From: Anthoceros angustus
Taxonomy: Eukaryota; Plantae; Anthocerotophyta
Length of the DNA stretch: 64,000 nucleotides
Assembly: GCA_010909165.1 (NCBI GenBank)
Contig: MU008166.1
Coordinates: 1,116,001 to 1,180,000 of the forward strand
Reading direction: 5' to 3'
Numbering within the stretch: the stretch's first letter is position 1; every line of letters begins with the position of its first letter. Under the pieces are notes generated by a model. That model saw only the letters and a list, made by a program, of their open reading frames with translations. It did not search any database and had not been told where the DNA came from. Shown piece by piece: positions 48,904 to 63,269 of the stretch. The translations under genes were made by a program, and so were the position numbers.

Positions 48904-51900
48904 TGTAGGCACGGTTAGGTATACCACATTTTGTGACGTATGCAAATGTGCACTATGTGCTGCATATACGGCGAGTTTCGGTTATCCAATATTTATATAG
49001 TTTGAAGTTAAGTCAAATTTGGAACGTGAACATGTCATCTACAACTGAACTTGGGAACTGAAAGTACCGGCGTGAAGGTGGGTGCTTCAACTTCACGCTG
49101 GAGCGCCGAGGCGCCGCCGCCGCCAGGCTGACTTCCCTTGGGGGTTAGGAAATAAGTGGGGTTTTGTTTTTTTCGTAGGTCCGAAGAGTAAAATAAGGCG
49201 GAAAAGGAGGAATAAGCGCGGACGGTGCTCCGGACTGTGCTCCGGAGTATACTCCGGACTCCGGAGTGGGTAACGGACCCCGGTACCACTACGACGAGCT
49301 ACGGACTGCGCACCGGGGTATCGGGATAAGTCCGGACCCCACTCCGGGTCAAAACAGGATAAGTACGCCAGGGAAAGTAATTTAGAAGTTGAGTCGTGAA
49401 GATGCATCGAGCGGCGCCGGACGGCCCCGAGTGCCTGCATGGCAGACCGCTGGGCCGCAGGCAGTATTCACGCCCGGATCGGCGCCAGAAGGCCGCAGTA
49501 CGCGCGCGTAAGGTCGAGTAAGCCATGCACCGCGCGATGTGGAAGAGGCACCCTCCCGCCCACATTTCAACGCGCGGCCGACGAGGAGGGTCATTTCTGC
49601 ATGCGACCTCGAGACACCGCAGCCTCTTGCGCCCGCAACCGCCCGGGCGCTATCTCTTTGAACGCCAGCATCCGCTGCTCACCGCTGTTGGAGCAACGCA
49701 GCAAGAGGGCGATCGCGCCGATCTCGCAATCGCCCAGCCAAGAAAGGAGAAGAAGGCGATGGGACCCAAGAAGGTCATGGAGGTATGGGAGCCATGGAAC
49801 CCGGTAGAGCGCAACATTGTAACCCGCGCTATCCGGACTTTGGGCCATGGCCGGAGGAGGCGGAGGATTAGTCAAGAGTGGCACTTACGACGTGTTCCAG
49901 TCAGTTCGACGCTTGACAAGGTCACCCCGTCCGGAGTTCGCCGAAGATGCTTGGCAAGGCCAACAAGGAGGTTCGGTCCAAGAACCTCGGGAGGATCGAG
50001 AGGTGGACCTTGGAGGTCACGAGGCGGCTTCGGCCAGCGGAGGAGGTTGGGGCGTGGTCGAGGCCCCTCAGGCGGGGAAGATAGGCGACAGGCGGCGATC
50101 ACGGCCGAGGCAGGCGGACAACCAGCGGTTGGTTGATGTCGGACTGCTGGAGCTGAGAAGGGTGAGGCGATGGCGGATCATTGTCCACGGAACTTGCTCA
50201 CCAAGGTGGATCACCTTGGTGATAATTTGTTAGTGCATGCTGCGGCAGAAGGCGAGGGCGGAAGGATCATCTTCGCCGGGTTCAGCCGAGGCCCTGGTGA
50301 GGCGAAGAAGCCGTCAGGACTATCCCATGCAGATCCATGTATGGGGACATTACATTCTCTTGAAGGATGGGGAGGTAGGCCAGGCGCTCGAGAAGGGTTG
50401 GCGGCCCTACGAGCGGAGGCGGCAAAGGCGCCCGGTGAGGCCCGACCCTAAGACCAAGCAGATTAGGGAGGGAGGCGGGAGGATCTGGACTCCATCGTGC
50501 AGGCGGACCCCTCACCACCTAGGGAAGTGTGGGAAGATATCCCCGCTTCCCTCCTCTTGCTTGGGAGTCTGACCAGGTCAGGCAATGAAGACCACAGGCG
50601 GCGGTAGGGAGCCCCGACCCAGCCCGATGGGGAGGCGCCGAGGCGGAAGAGCAGTGCCACCCGCCAGCGCAGCACCTCGGATGGTGCACATGCCCTTGCC
50701 ACGCCGGGTGTGAGAAAGTGATTGAGAAGAGGCGAGGGCCGCTCAGGAGGCGGAGGTCATGGCGGCAACCTGGGCAGTCTATCTCGCCCGGCCCGGGAGA
50801 GGCAAGGGGTCGACTCGAACCCCTCACCTCACAGGGCCCGGAATAAGAGATAAGGTGGCCAAGAGGGCCAAGGAGGGTGAAGCTCCTGACTGCAATCGGA
50901 CCTAAGGGACCCGATTAGGTCCGAGAACCGACTACTCCGATCAAGGGTGTGGAGGTCCTTGGCGGACCGTGAGATGCCCGCCTCCCTCACGGGACTTTTG
51001 GGGCCTCACTGGGCGGCCGTGAAGAGACACGGCGGTCCTGCCACTATGGAAGTATGCTCGGGGTCTCTGGACAGCCGAGAAGACCTGTAGGGAAGGCAGA
51101 GCTCACCAGAGGCGACAGTGCTCCTCCGAGGAGGCAACAAGTTGAGGCGGCCTGTGAGGCAAGGAGGAATGGAAGCTCCTACCGTGATCAACAGGGCGTG
51201 AGAAGAGTAAAGGGACGCCGCCCAAGGAGCAGGAGGTCACCGCAAGAACCCCACTGGAGCGCCCCTGCCGACCGGGAGAGGCAAGGCCGCCTCGAACCCC
51301 TCACCCTCCGAGCCCTGTGACAAGAGGCGAATAAGGAATTGGCCAAGAGGGCCAAGGAGGGTGAAGCTCCTGACCCCAATCAGACCTAAGGGACCGAGAA
51401 CCGAGCCCCGACTCTCCTGATCAGGAGGTCCTGGCGGACCGTGAGATGCCCGCCCACTACGGACTTTTGGGGCCTCTCACTGGCGGCCGTGGAAGAGACA
51501 CGGGTCCTGCCACCGCCATGGATCAGATGCCTGGGGTCTCATGGACAGCCGAGAAGACCTGTGTAGAAGCCACCAGGAGGCGATGGTCCTCCAGTGAGCA
51601 ATTGGAGGCGCCCAGAGGCGAGGAGGAAGGCAAGCTCGCCGCATCAAGAAGGGAAACGGAGGAAGGGAAGTCCGTCCATTCGACAGATGACTAAATTCCT
51701 TCAGGTGAAACAAGGCATGGAGGCCCAAGCGGGTCAAGACCTCCGCAGCGAGAGGGGTAGCGCAGCAGGAGGCGAGGAGGCCCGGCGCAAGCAGAAGGCT
51801 CGCGACCGCCGAGGCGCTACCGACCAAAGACCAAGCCGGGCGCCTGTGAAGGCGGCGAGGAGGCGGCCGCTAAGACGACCGCGATCACTATCGGCGTGAT

Positions 51901-52646
51901 CGAACCGTGGAGGGAGACGGCATAGGATCAACTCAAGACGAGTGGAGGCGGAGCGGTGTGGGCCAATGCCGAGGAGAAGGAAGCCCGCGACAAGGAGATG
52001 GAGGATCTCCTGGGCCGCGCGAGGTGGAGCAATGCGGGGTGGAGATGGAAGACCGAAGAGACTCGAGTCGCAGCCCAAGTTACCATTGAGCAATGGTACT
52101 GCAGGCGTGATCACGATCACGAACGAGATAGAGCGGCTCCAAATTGCTGGGACGGAGGAGGTAAGGATGTAGAACAAGGAGCGACGCCGCCGAAATGGAG
52201 AAGGACTCGACGGCACGCACCGCAGAGTTGCCCGACCGTCTGGAGAGGGAGATGGCGGAGCTAAAGGCCGTGATGAACGGGAGAGAGCAAAACCGGACGC
52301 GTAGCAGTTTCCGCTGGCAGTCCGATTAGCAGGAAGGCGGAAGGAGCTGACTGCGCGCTTTATGGCGTAATGCCGCGCGGTAGCGGAACGACGGACGGAA
52401 GCAAAGAGTAACAACAAGTCGCAGAGGTTGGGACCGAGGCGGCCCCTTGTGGCCTCCTTGAGATTCTGCCCGGCTCCACCGACGACCTCGGGCAGGGGAG
52501 ATGGTCCAATGAAGTTTATTACGAATGACGTCGACTTGAGCACCAATGGCGAAAGGGAGAATCGCGGGTGCTCTGCAGTACATATGGAAGAGGTAATCCA
52601 AAGAAATAGGTGACTCGATTTTACTACTATCACAGCCCAGGCTCCT
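48904..52646 (+). mobile_element. unclassified repeat beginning TGTAGGCACGGTTAGG with a long degenerate GC-rich ORF (from ATG ~49758)
   Basis: First ~175 bp are repeated at 63539-63720. Contains GTTAGGAAATAAG, also seen near the start of the other LTRs. Internal 479-bp duplication (50793-51130 vs 51272-51595). Confidence 0.5.
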
Positions 52647-55600
52647 TGTGGAGTGATTTTTCCTAAACTTACGGGCCAGAGGCCATTTACCCTCTTTATC
52701 GTTGTAGACTTGAGATTCGTGCCCAAGGGAGTGATTAGGTGTCAAGACAACCAAAACATAGCCAATCCAACCAAACACGGACACACCAAACATCTAGCGA
52801 TTCTGAGACCGGGCTACTATCCTAACAACACTCGGACACTGTGCTATCTTAGCCACGCGCGACCCTGTTGCTACCTTAGCACGGACAGTTGCTATCTTAG
52901 CAACCACCCTCTATTTTAGCAGTGGGGTCCACCTTGGGATCAGTCGGCTATTAATAGAAGGTGGGACCCACTTGGGGATCCAAGTGGATAAGGTTGGACA
53001 CCCTCTCTTATCTATCCACAAAGTTAGATCCACCAATCAGAGTTAGCCACGAGTCACCTTTTCCACACACTATTTATGGACAACCTAAGCAGCCGGCCCT
53101 AACCCTAATCTCTAAACCTAAACCTAGGACAACTCACAGCATAAAGGGTTGCAGCTCACACAAACTACCCCCTTTCTCTTGCAGCACTTCTTCAGACTTC
53201 CTTGTCTCTCCTCCAGCCTTTCAGCTCACCTTCCAAGCTCCATACAGACCTCTCCAGCTCTCACAGCCCCTTGAGGTGCCTCTCAGATCCTCCACACTCT
53301 CCAAGTCTCCCAGAACTCTCTTCAACTCTCCTTGTTCTCACACCTCCTTGCCCATTCAATCTCACTTTTCCACGACTCCACACCTCTCCAGTCCTTACAA
53401 GGTTCTCATCCAGGCCCTTACACACTTCACCAACTCTCAAAATACTTGTTCAGCTACCTCCCAATCATTCCGTCTCATCCACTCACGGGATCTTCAACCT
53501 CCACTCCACGGCTCTCTTCTTCAACACAAACATCACTTACAGACTTCTCCAGTCCTTCTTACTCCTCTCAAACAGCCAATCAGCAACTCTCCATGTCCAG
53601 ATTCTCCACTTCTCTCACAGTTCACTTTTCCTCTCATTTTCCAAACACACAAGCCCACGGGCCTCCAACTCACTTGACTTCCTTGACTTCTCCTCCACAC
53701 ACACAGGCTCCTTGTCTTCTCCTCACACACGGGCTCCCGCCCTCTCTTCTCCCAAACACCCGACCTCCAACACACCGAAACTCAAAACACAAGGTGAGTA
53801 CTAGACTAGGAGAAGGGAATGAGGAAGAGTCTGGACAGCCTCCCGGCTTCACAACCCCTTCCTCTTGACCTTGGAAACTCCCTCCAAGGAGACCTCAAGG
53901 CTCCCTCCCTTGCTTTCCACCACCCTTGCGGATCGGCCACCACGGATCTAGGCAACAGTGGTCTTCTTAGCTTCTCCACAGTGACAAAGCGGTGTCTAGA
54001 CTTACACCTTTGGATCGGTACCCCCAAACCCCGTGCTCACCCCAAACACCAAGACCTTAAACCAACATTGCTTACATTTCATCAAGAGGTGCCTCTTATA
54101 CCCAAGATCACCCACAAAAGTAGCTTGGCTTGCCAAAAATACCAATGGGTCTTAGCCTACAGTCCTAGAGGCCTATCTCTTAATTACATCACTAGAGAAG
54201 ATAAGATTTACGATCTATAGCACATGGGCCTCACTATTTGGGTCACTTACCCCTATTATCTCTCCTAGGCCTCCTAGGCCCCATGCTCTCCTCTTGCTCT
54301 CCTCCCTCTTGGTGGTTGGGCAAACTCTCCCACAAAATCTCCACCTCCTCAGGACTCCTCCCTCTCTTGTGCTGCACCAGAGTACTCCTCCTCGGTGAGC
54401 TCTTGAATCCTGGATGGGTCGGTGAAAGTCTCCTCCATAAGAGTCCAACCCATAGGTAGGATCCAGGTCAAGGCATGGATCAAGTACCTCCATGTTCCCC
54501 ACTGTTACTTCCGTTGGGTATTTCCTGTGATTTCGCCCAAATAGGTTTTCCGAATTTATCGGAAAATAACTAACTTGGTTGCTACCATAGCAAGCTCCGA
54601 GTCGTTGTTGTCATAGCAACAGTCCACATCACGGCCCTAACAGCAGCGTTAACCGATTGACGACCAACCCTCAAGGTTACATCCGGGATCGGGACTAGAC
54701 TCTCTTCCTCCTACTAGGCTCTAGTAGACTTTTCTTATTTCCTAACCTACTTCACATTCCAACCCCACACGATTCTCACAACTTAAACACAAAACAAAAA
54801 AACACTCCTTTTAGAATTGAGTACCCATGTGGTCACCACATACTCCCTTCTCATTTGTTGGCGTCCCGCCAACTTATTAATAATACTTCTTCACGCCAAC
54901 CATTGACCACTGGTTGTAGCGAGAATCCATCAAGTTCTGCGTGTATGGATCCATTGTCGAACACTTACACAGCAGGACCCATCCATCTAAGATGACTTCC
55001 GAAGTGCATGTACTGTTGTCATACAATACGCCAAGTCCCGAACAACGTACTCTTGTTTTTGCAACTTAGGTCATGCCATTCCTTCCTCTTCTCTTGGGCG
55101 TTACGTGGGGCTGAGGCTTGTTCCCCTCTCCATGTCTTGAACAAAGCCTATGAGCCTCTCCAAGCTCTCCTCCACCGTCATCCTCTTATGCTCTTGGACT
55201 CTCAGCGTTGGCACTTCAAACTCAATGGGCATGGTGGTGAGTGCCCATAGGTGAGGTAGTAGTCATTGTGTGGTCACCTTCTCCCTGTCCATCGCCCTGG
55301 CAGTGAAGCTTCCGGTCCCAATCGTAGTGTAGGTGATGGTCAACTTGTTGAGGATCTGCAAAGCAATCCATTAGCTTTCTCGTGAGTCCATTCGCCTTGG
55401 GGTTGTAGGGGTGGTCTTCATGGCTGATGTTGAAGTACTTCACCATGTGTGAGATCACCTCGTTGATGAAATGGGTACCCACAGCCTAACCAGCAACTGT
55501 ACCTTGTGATGATGTGCTCAACAAGAACGCCACCACATTTGTGTCCACGGGCAAGGCTTGAGCTTCCACCATGCAGTGCAGTGTCCGTTGCTACGGAATA

Positions 55601-58600
55601 TTGATTGGCTCCCTTGGTCTTGGGTGAATCCAAGTCAATCCCCACTTCTCAAAGGCGCCAAGGCTAGGATAGGGACCAATGGCCCTTTGTGTGGTGGTTG
55701 GCTTCCCAACCCTTTGACATGCATCCTGGCAGCTTGATGAACTCCCTAGCATCGGCGTGCAGGTTGGCCACCAATACCTCCAAGATCTTCTTACGTCACG
55801 TTGGCGGTAGTGACCTCCGGCCTCCTCCTCATGCAAGGCGAGAACCGGTCCTTTTGACCATCCTTGACCCACAACCTCTCAACTCCATCGGCCCTACCAC
55901 ATGCACTTGTCCCGCGCTTAACAGTGCGGAGAAGTATAGGAACAACCTCTTCTTTGTTGGCAGAGTTGGTATCGACATTGCTAAAAGCGAAAGACCTCCT
56001 CATAGGCTGGCACGCAAAACTTCTCCCTCCCTTCTCATTTGTCTGTACCCCGTTTCGATCAACTTGGCATTGGGCCTAGCACTCTCCTCATCCTCCTCCG
56101 GCAAGAAAGCTTCATCCAGGAAAATGATCTTCTTGATCACGCTCCACCTTCTCCGTCTTCAAGCGAGACAAGTAGTCGGCATTCACATGCTTCCTTCCCC
56201 TCACGTGTCTCCACCGTGAATGTGAACTCTTACAGCAGAAGATCCAACGAGCTATCGACCGGAGATCCGCCTTGTTGACAAGATGCTTGAGAGCAAAATG
56301 GTCAACATGGAACACAAACTCATAGGAGAGGAGATAATGGAAACTTTCTTCTGAATACACCATCCCAAGGGCTTCCCTTTCGATTGTTGTGTACTTGCGC
56401 TCCGCATCGGTGAGTTCGTCTGCGTAGTAGATTGGGTAGTCCCTCTTCTTGTCATCCTGGCTCAAACGTACCAATGGCGCGGAAACATCCGTAAACATGG
56501 AACTTCTTGCTCGGTCCAGGTCCTTGAGGGTTGTTACCAACGTGGTCCTCAAATCTTGAAATCTGCCTCCCTCTCTGTCAGTCCACTTGGTCCTTCCTCA
56601 ACAAGCTGGTCAAGTGGCAGCCCTCCTAGCAAAGTTAGGCACAAAGCGTCGGTAGTAGCCCACCATGCCGAGGAACCCCGGAGTTCCTTGAGAGTTGTTG
56701 GAGCTTCGGGCAACAATCATCTTCACCTTATGCGGATCAACCCGATGCTCGTCTTTGAAATTATGCCCAACAAAATCCCTCCGCATGCCAAAGTAGCATT
56801 TCTGGGATGTAGGCAAAGTTGAGTTTCCGACATCGCCAAGCAACGCAAGTGATCCGGTGCTCCTCCACACTCCCAAACACACAAAATCATCTAGGAATAC
56901 CTCCATGAACTTGTGGAGATACTCCTTGAAGATCTCAACCATGCTCGCATGAAGGAACCCTGCTCGTCAATCAAAGCACTCCTCTTATGTCGAAGGTCCC
57001 CAATCCGTTGTGAAGGCTTAGAGGCCGGTCACTCTCCCTCAAGTGCATGATTGTACCCAGTACGTCAGAGCAGTACACATCTTCCGACCACCAAATCCGG
57101 ATGTTGTCGATGAATGGCGAGGAAATGGTCCTTCTTGGTTGCTTTGTTGAGCTTCCTCCGGTCTTGGCATACTCGAATCTTTCCAGTACGCTTCTTGAAC
57201 GATTGGAGCCACCCACTCCGTGTTCACGATTGGATAGATGGCGTGCCTTCAAGTACAATTCAAGCTCCTTCACCTTCGGTGAGTACTTTGGGTTCGGCTT
57301 GTATTGGGAATCGCGGGAGTCGCTCACGGCTCCAAATCGATCCTATGCTCCCCACTTCTTGGGAATCCCTTCATATCATCACCTCGAGCAAACACGTCGA
57401 TGAACTCGGTAATTTCATTCCTTCCTTCCAAGCAGGTCCGGTATGTGCAAACTTCAGCACCTTCCGGCAACACCTCCACATCCTTAATCTCGTCGCTTGT
57501 ACCCATTCTCGCTCCACGGGTCGAACTCTCACCAAACCCTTCCTCCGGTTCACGAGGTCCTCTTCCCTCATCCCCACTCCTAAATAGGTCCTCGGAGGTG
57601 AATCGAATGATCTCGGCTCACCCTCACTTTGTTCTTGTTGTCCTCGTCCCTTCCTTAGCAACCTTTTAGAATCGGTGTTGCTTCCTTAGCTGCCCGTTAG
57701 CAGTTCTTTGTCGGCTCTCCTCGCGGTCCTCCATGAAACCAGCAGTCCACCAAATTGAGGAGTAAGGGATATCCCTCCTATACTCTTCCTCCTCATCGAC
57801 CATGCGATATGTGCAAAAGGAAATTTGTCCAATTTCTCCTTCTTCCTCCAGTCGGATGTTTCTCCATGATGTGTATCCTTCCGTTCTTGTGAGTCTCCCC
57901 ACGGTGGTATCCTGCTCCAACTCAAACAAATTCGCCTCCTTGTCTTGGGGTCCCAATCCATTGGCTTAAAAGCCCTTCCTCCCCAAGTCATCTTGCATCT
58001 TGAGCCATACTGACGAGTCCTTCCCAATAGGATGTCGTACCACAGGCGCCTTGTCTTGGATAACCACATAGTCCATGAGATAGGAATGGTCCCTATGATG
58101 GTGGTTACTCCTTGATTCTCCCAGTGCATTTTGACATGTCGGTAATCTCCTGGTGGTGCTCAATGTCCAACCCAAGCTTCCTTGCTATTGCTTCCGTCAT
58201 GATGTTCACCCGGATCCGGTGTCCAAGGAACCGCTTGATGACAGCCGATCTCACTTGCTCCGGCCCTTGGTCTATCATGGACACTAGGTTGTTGTAGGGT
58301 CAGCACCCTTGGTCTGGCTTGGGCAATCGCCTCTTCCTCTTGGTTGCGCTCTTGCAAGGCCCTCGAACTTGTTGCTGTACTTGGGTTGTCCTTCAATAGT
58401 TGACCAAGCGTAAAGCAAAGCTGATCCATGATGGCTTGGCAAGGTTAAATGGTCCTCGATCGGTCCCTCCTTCTTCCCGATCGCGGTTGCTCCCTTAGCA
58501 ACAACGTCGGTTGCTTGCTAGCGGCCGCCTTAGCAACGGTTGCTAACCGAGGACTTCTGCGGTCTCCGGATCACAGGCTCGGTTTTTTGTCTTGGTCAAT

Positions 58601-61600
58601 TCCTCCTCTATCATCTCCATGACTTCCGGCCGCGTCCGGTGGAAACTCGGGTTTCCTCTCCCTTTTTCTTGGAACTTCTTTTTCTCCGTGGCCCCAGCGA
58701 TTCACTCCTTGATTCTTCCTTCTGGGGTTCTCCTTCTCAAGTGTCTCCTCGGATCCGTTCCCTCCGGGCTTGGAGTGCTCTCTTGAGACTTTGTGGGGCT
58801 TCCACCTCCGTCTCTTTCTTCTTCCAGCTTCCTCCCCTTTTCACTCCTAGTGCCTGACCATGGCTGCGACCTCTCCGTAGTAGTCTCCTCAGCACCCCAG
58901 TCCATCTAGCTCGCAACACCATGGCTTCGCATCCTCCCCAAAGCGACCATAAGGGCATCCTCCACGTGCATGGCTGCCACGGCTCCTTGGGATGCTGCTT
59001 CGAACTCCTCAGGTGGTTGAGCAATTGAGCAGATCTTCCTCGGTTTGGGCAAGTGACACTCCCGCTACATGACCCATTGTTTTTGGTCTTGGCTGATTCG
59101 TAGTCACCATTGGCTGTCTTGTGCGATGAGACTATTTGCATAATGACCAAAGCCCCTCTGATTTGTTGAACCACACGTTGCTTGTAACCACAGGCACTTA
59201 GTTGTTATTCGAATGCACCCATGGAATTTCGGCATCGATGGATGGGCGATCTTGGGAATCTTTGTCCTGAAACCTCACGGATCGTAGGTATCCTCCAGCA
59301 TCCTCTTCCTCCTCCTCGTGGCGAGCATGTGCACCTTGGCCCCAGAGCGGTTGGACTTGGTGTGGCACAGCGCCAAGTGGAACAAAACAGTTAGCCGAGC
59401 CTTTGGATGCAGCTCTCCTCTTCTCATGCTCCTTCACAGCGTTGAGGTGAAACTTCTCGAATTTGCTCATCATTTCCTCCATCTTCATTTCTTCTTGTTG
59501 CACCTTCTTGGCACTTCACCTCCTTCTTGACTTGTTCCACTTCCTTCTTAGCACTAGCGACCTCTTGTTTAGCCCAGCCAGCTCCTTGATCCTCGAGCCT
59601 CTGGTTTCTTCTTCGGCCAACCTTCTTCTTCTTCTGCTCTCGTCTTGGGGTCTTCCTCCGTGCCATCCTCAGGAAGAGTCCTCCGTCTGAGTCTTGAGGA
59701 GGTCACTCTCCTCCTGAAGATTCTTCCTCCTCCGGACGAAGATCCCTTGTCCTTCTTCCCTCGCTTGGACTTCTTCTTCTTGCTCTTTTCCTTCTTGTGC
59801 TTCTTCTTGTCCAAGGAGTTGGATTCTTCGTAGTTGAGTGCCGCCTTGATGGCCTTGTCTCGTCTTCTCCGCTTGTGCCTCACATGTCGGCCCATCTCGG
59901 ATCTAACCCCTTAGCAAACCAGAATGGCACCAATCGAGTGAGGACCACTACGATCACGCAAGTTAAGAAACCTCTCAACATAAGCCTGCAAGGTCTCCTT
60001 CCTTCTTCCCCTCAAAGACTCCAACTTTGACAACACGTAGCCTTCTACATCTATTCCCTGAACCTCTCACAAAAGGCTTTCTTCAGTTCGTTGAAGGTTG
60101 CTGGGGGTGCTGATGCCTTGAGGTACTCCCTCTTGTACCACTTGGCTGGCCCTCCGCGAAGAACTCCGTAGAAGAGCTGAATGCGCTGCAGATCCCCAGA
60201 TTCCTGATTTGCAATGGTTAGTTGCTCAAAGCGTTCAACAAACTCGTCTGGATCTTCATACCCCTTCTTCTCTCCATACAGTGGGTATGGGCTGTTATTG
60301 CAAAAGGCTGAAGTCGCCATGAATGATCGTCACTATCCAACCATGATTGTTGGTCTAACAGATCTCTGTAGCATACATCCAAAAGTTCTTTGAGTTCACA
60401 GTACAAGTTCAACGGAGGTAAGACAAGGATGGTATCGATCCTAAAGCTGTCTTGCTTCTTGGCTCCTCAGCCAGTGCGTTGCTGCTCTCCTCGGCTCGAT
60501 GCCGGCCCGCCGCCTCGCTCCACGGCAGCGTTGTCTTCTTCTTTGAGTCTTCTCTTCACTGGAGTCGGAACTTTCGGACTCAATGGGTAGCATCCATGTA
60601 TCACTCAAGACTCCCAATACACTACTAGACAAGGTTAGTCTACTCTAAGGTCTTGACAACAATGACACTCCCGACAGCGGCGCCAAAATGTGGAGTGATT
60701 TTCTAAACCAAGTGGTCACAAAGAGGCCACATTTACCCTCTTTATCGTTGTAGACTTGAGATTCGTACCCAAGGGAGTGATTTAGTGTCAAGACAACCAA
60801 AACATAGCCAATCCAACCAAAACACGGACACCAAACATCTAGCGATTCTGAGACCGGGCTACTATCCTAACAACACTCGGACACATGGCTATCTTAGCCA
60901 CGCTGACCACTGTTGCTACCTTAGCAGCGGATACCGTTGCTATCTTAGCAACCACCCTCTATTTTAGCGGTGGGGTCCACCTTGGGATCAGTCTGGCTAT
61001 TAATAGAAGGTGGGACCCACTTGGGATCAAGTGGATAAGGTTGGACACCTCTCTCTTATCTATCCACAAAGTTAGATCCACCAATCGAGTTAGCCACGTG
61101 TCACCTTTTCACACACTGTTTATGGACAACCTAAGCTCCCTAATCTCTAAACCTAAACCTAGGACAACTCACAGGGTTGCGCTCACAAACTACCCCTTTC
61201 TCTTCTTGAGACTTCCTTGTCTCTCCTCCAGCCTTTCAGCTCACCTTCCAAGCTCCATACGGACCTCTCCAGGCTCTCACAGCCTTGAGGTGCCTCTCAG
61301 TCCTCCCCACACTCTCCAAGTTTCCCCAGCAACTCTCTTCAACTCTCCTTGTTCTCACACCTCACGCCCCATTCAATCTCCACTTTTCCTGACTCACGGC
61401 TCTCCGGTCCTTACAAGGTTCTCATCCAGGCCCTTACAGCACTTCACCAACTCTCAAAATACTTGTTGTTACCTCCAATCATTCCGTCTCATCATCCACT
61501 CACGGGATCTTCAACCTCCACTCAGGCTCTCTTCTTGACAACACAAACATCACTTACAGACTTCTCAGTCCTTCTTACTCCTCTCAAACAGCCAATCAGC

Positions 61601-62831
61601 AACTCTCCATGTCCGGCATTCTCCACTTCTCTCAGTTCACTTTTCCTCTCATTTTCCAAACACACAAGCCCACGGGCCTCCAACTCACTTGACTTCCTTG
61701 ACTTCTCCTCACACACACTCCGCCTTGTCTTCTCACACACACAGGCTCCCGCCTTGTCTTCTCTCACACAGGCTCCCGCCCTCTCTTCTGACAACTCAAC
61801 ACACGAAACTCAAAGGTGAGTACTAGACTAGCGAGGAATGAGGAAGAGGGACAGCCTCCCGGCTTCACACCCCTTCCTCTTGACCTTGAACTCCCTCCAA
61901 GGAGACCTCAAGGCTCCCTCCCTTGCTTTCCACCACCCTTGCGGATCGCCACACGGATCTAGGCAACAGTGGTCTTCTTAGCTTCTCCACAGCGACAAAG
62001 CGGTGTCTAGACTTACTTGGATCGGTACCCCCAAACCCCAGGTGCTCCCCAAACACAGACCTTAAACCAACATTGCTTACATTTCATCAAGAGTGCCTCT
62101 TATACCCAAGATCATTAAAGTAGCTTGGCTTGCCAAAAATAATCGGTCTTAGCCTACCAATCCTAGAGGCCTATCTTAATTACATCCACTATGAGAGGAT
62201 AAGATTCTGATCTATAACACATGGGCCTTTAGCTATTTAGGCCACTTACCCTATTACCTCTCACAGGCCTCCTAGGCCCCATGTTCTCCTCTTGCTCTCC
62301 TCCCTCTTGGCTGGTTGGGCAATCTCTCCCATAAAATCTCCACCTCCTCAGCTGGACTCCTCTCTCTCTTGTGCTGCCCGTATGCAGTACTCCTCCTCGG
62401 TGAGCTCTTGAATCTGGATGGGTGGGTGAGTTCTCCTCCAAGAGTCCAACCCATAGGTAGGATCCAGTGCCCGTCAAGGCATGGATCAAGTACCTCCATG
62501 TTCCCCACTGTTACTTCCGTTGGGTATTTCCTGATTTTAAATAGGTTTCCGAATTTATCGGAAAATAACTCCGACTTGGTTGCTACCATAGCAGCTCCGT
62601 CGGTTGTTGTCATAACGGTCTGCATCAACTAACAGCAGCGTTATGGCAACTGGTAACCCTCAGGGTTCTGTCGGGATCGAGGACTAGACTCTCTTATCCT
62701 ACTAGGCTCTAGTAGACTTTTCTTATTTCCTAACCTACTTCACATTCCAACTCACACGATTCACAACTTAACACAAAACAACAAAAAAAAAACTCCTTTT
62801 CGAGGGGTCCGAGTACCCAGTGGTCACCACA
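52647..62831 (-). mobile_element. full-length Athila/Tat-like Ty3/gypsy retrotransposon, degenerate
   Basis: LTRs 60689-62831 (5') and 52647-54840 (3'), TG...CA. PBS TGGCGCCGCTGTCGGGAG (60685-60668, Athila-type). PPT GAGAAGGGAGTA (54852-54841). gag (DPDEFVERFE...LRGGPAKWY, 60051-60320), protease, RT (VFLDDF), RH (EREALGMVY), integrase. No TSD. Confidence 0.9.
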
Positions 62832-63269
62832 TGCTAGTCGATGCCATGAAGATTTGCCGATCCGCTGCAACAAGTACAAGCATCTCAACACCGCTTACCC
62901 AAACAAGCCGAGGTGGGGTCAACCAGCAAGTGCAGCAGAGAAGGGACCCGTTTTCAAGATCCTACCGTAAAGAGGACAAAAGAAATATCATGAGAAACAT
63001 ACTTCACATGCCTTTCTTGAACACGGATCCGGAGCCCGCCCCCATCGAAAGGAGTTCATCACCGGCAAAGGAAAAAGGTCGAGACCACACGCACCCTCTT
63101 GGTTGCTCTAACGCCAAGGTGGCCATTCGGTGAAGACGGAGGAAGTGGTTTAGAAACGAAAAATGGTTAATGCTTTCCCACAACAAATTGTGCCATGGTT
63201 TATGAGTGGATCTGCTGAAACCTTTGGATAATGTTAGTCAAGTTGTTAGTAGGGTCTCAATTGTGTGGT

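Noticed and set aside
48712-48945. Poly-KKR ORF (NLS-like)
   Set aside because: It is an artefact of the 9-bp microsatellite.
49770-49900. Myb/SANT-like start (WNPVERNIVTRAIRTLG) suggesting a Harbinger accessory protein
   Set aside because: Tryptophan spacing does not fit SANT, and no Harbinger transposase or TIRs were seen.
52961-53868. Long Ser/Pro/Leu-rich plus-strand ORFs in the LTRs (also 60885-61819)
   Set aside because: They result from C/T skew that avoids stop codons, and the frames differ between the two LTR copies.
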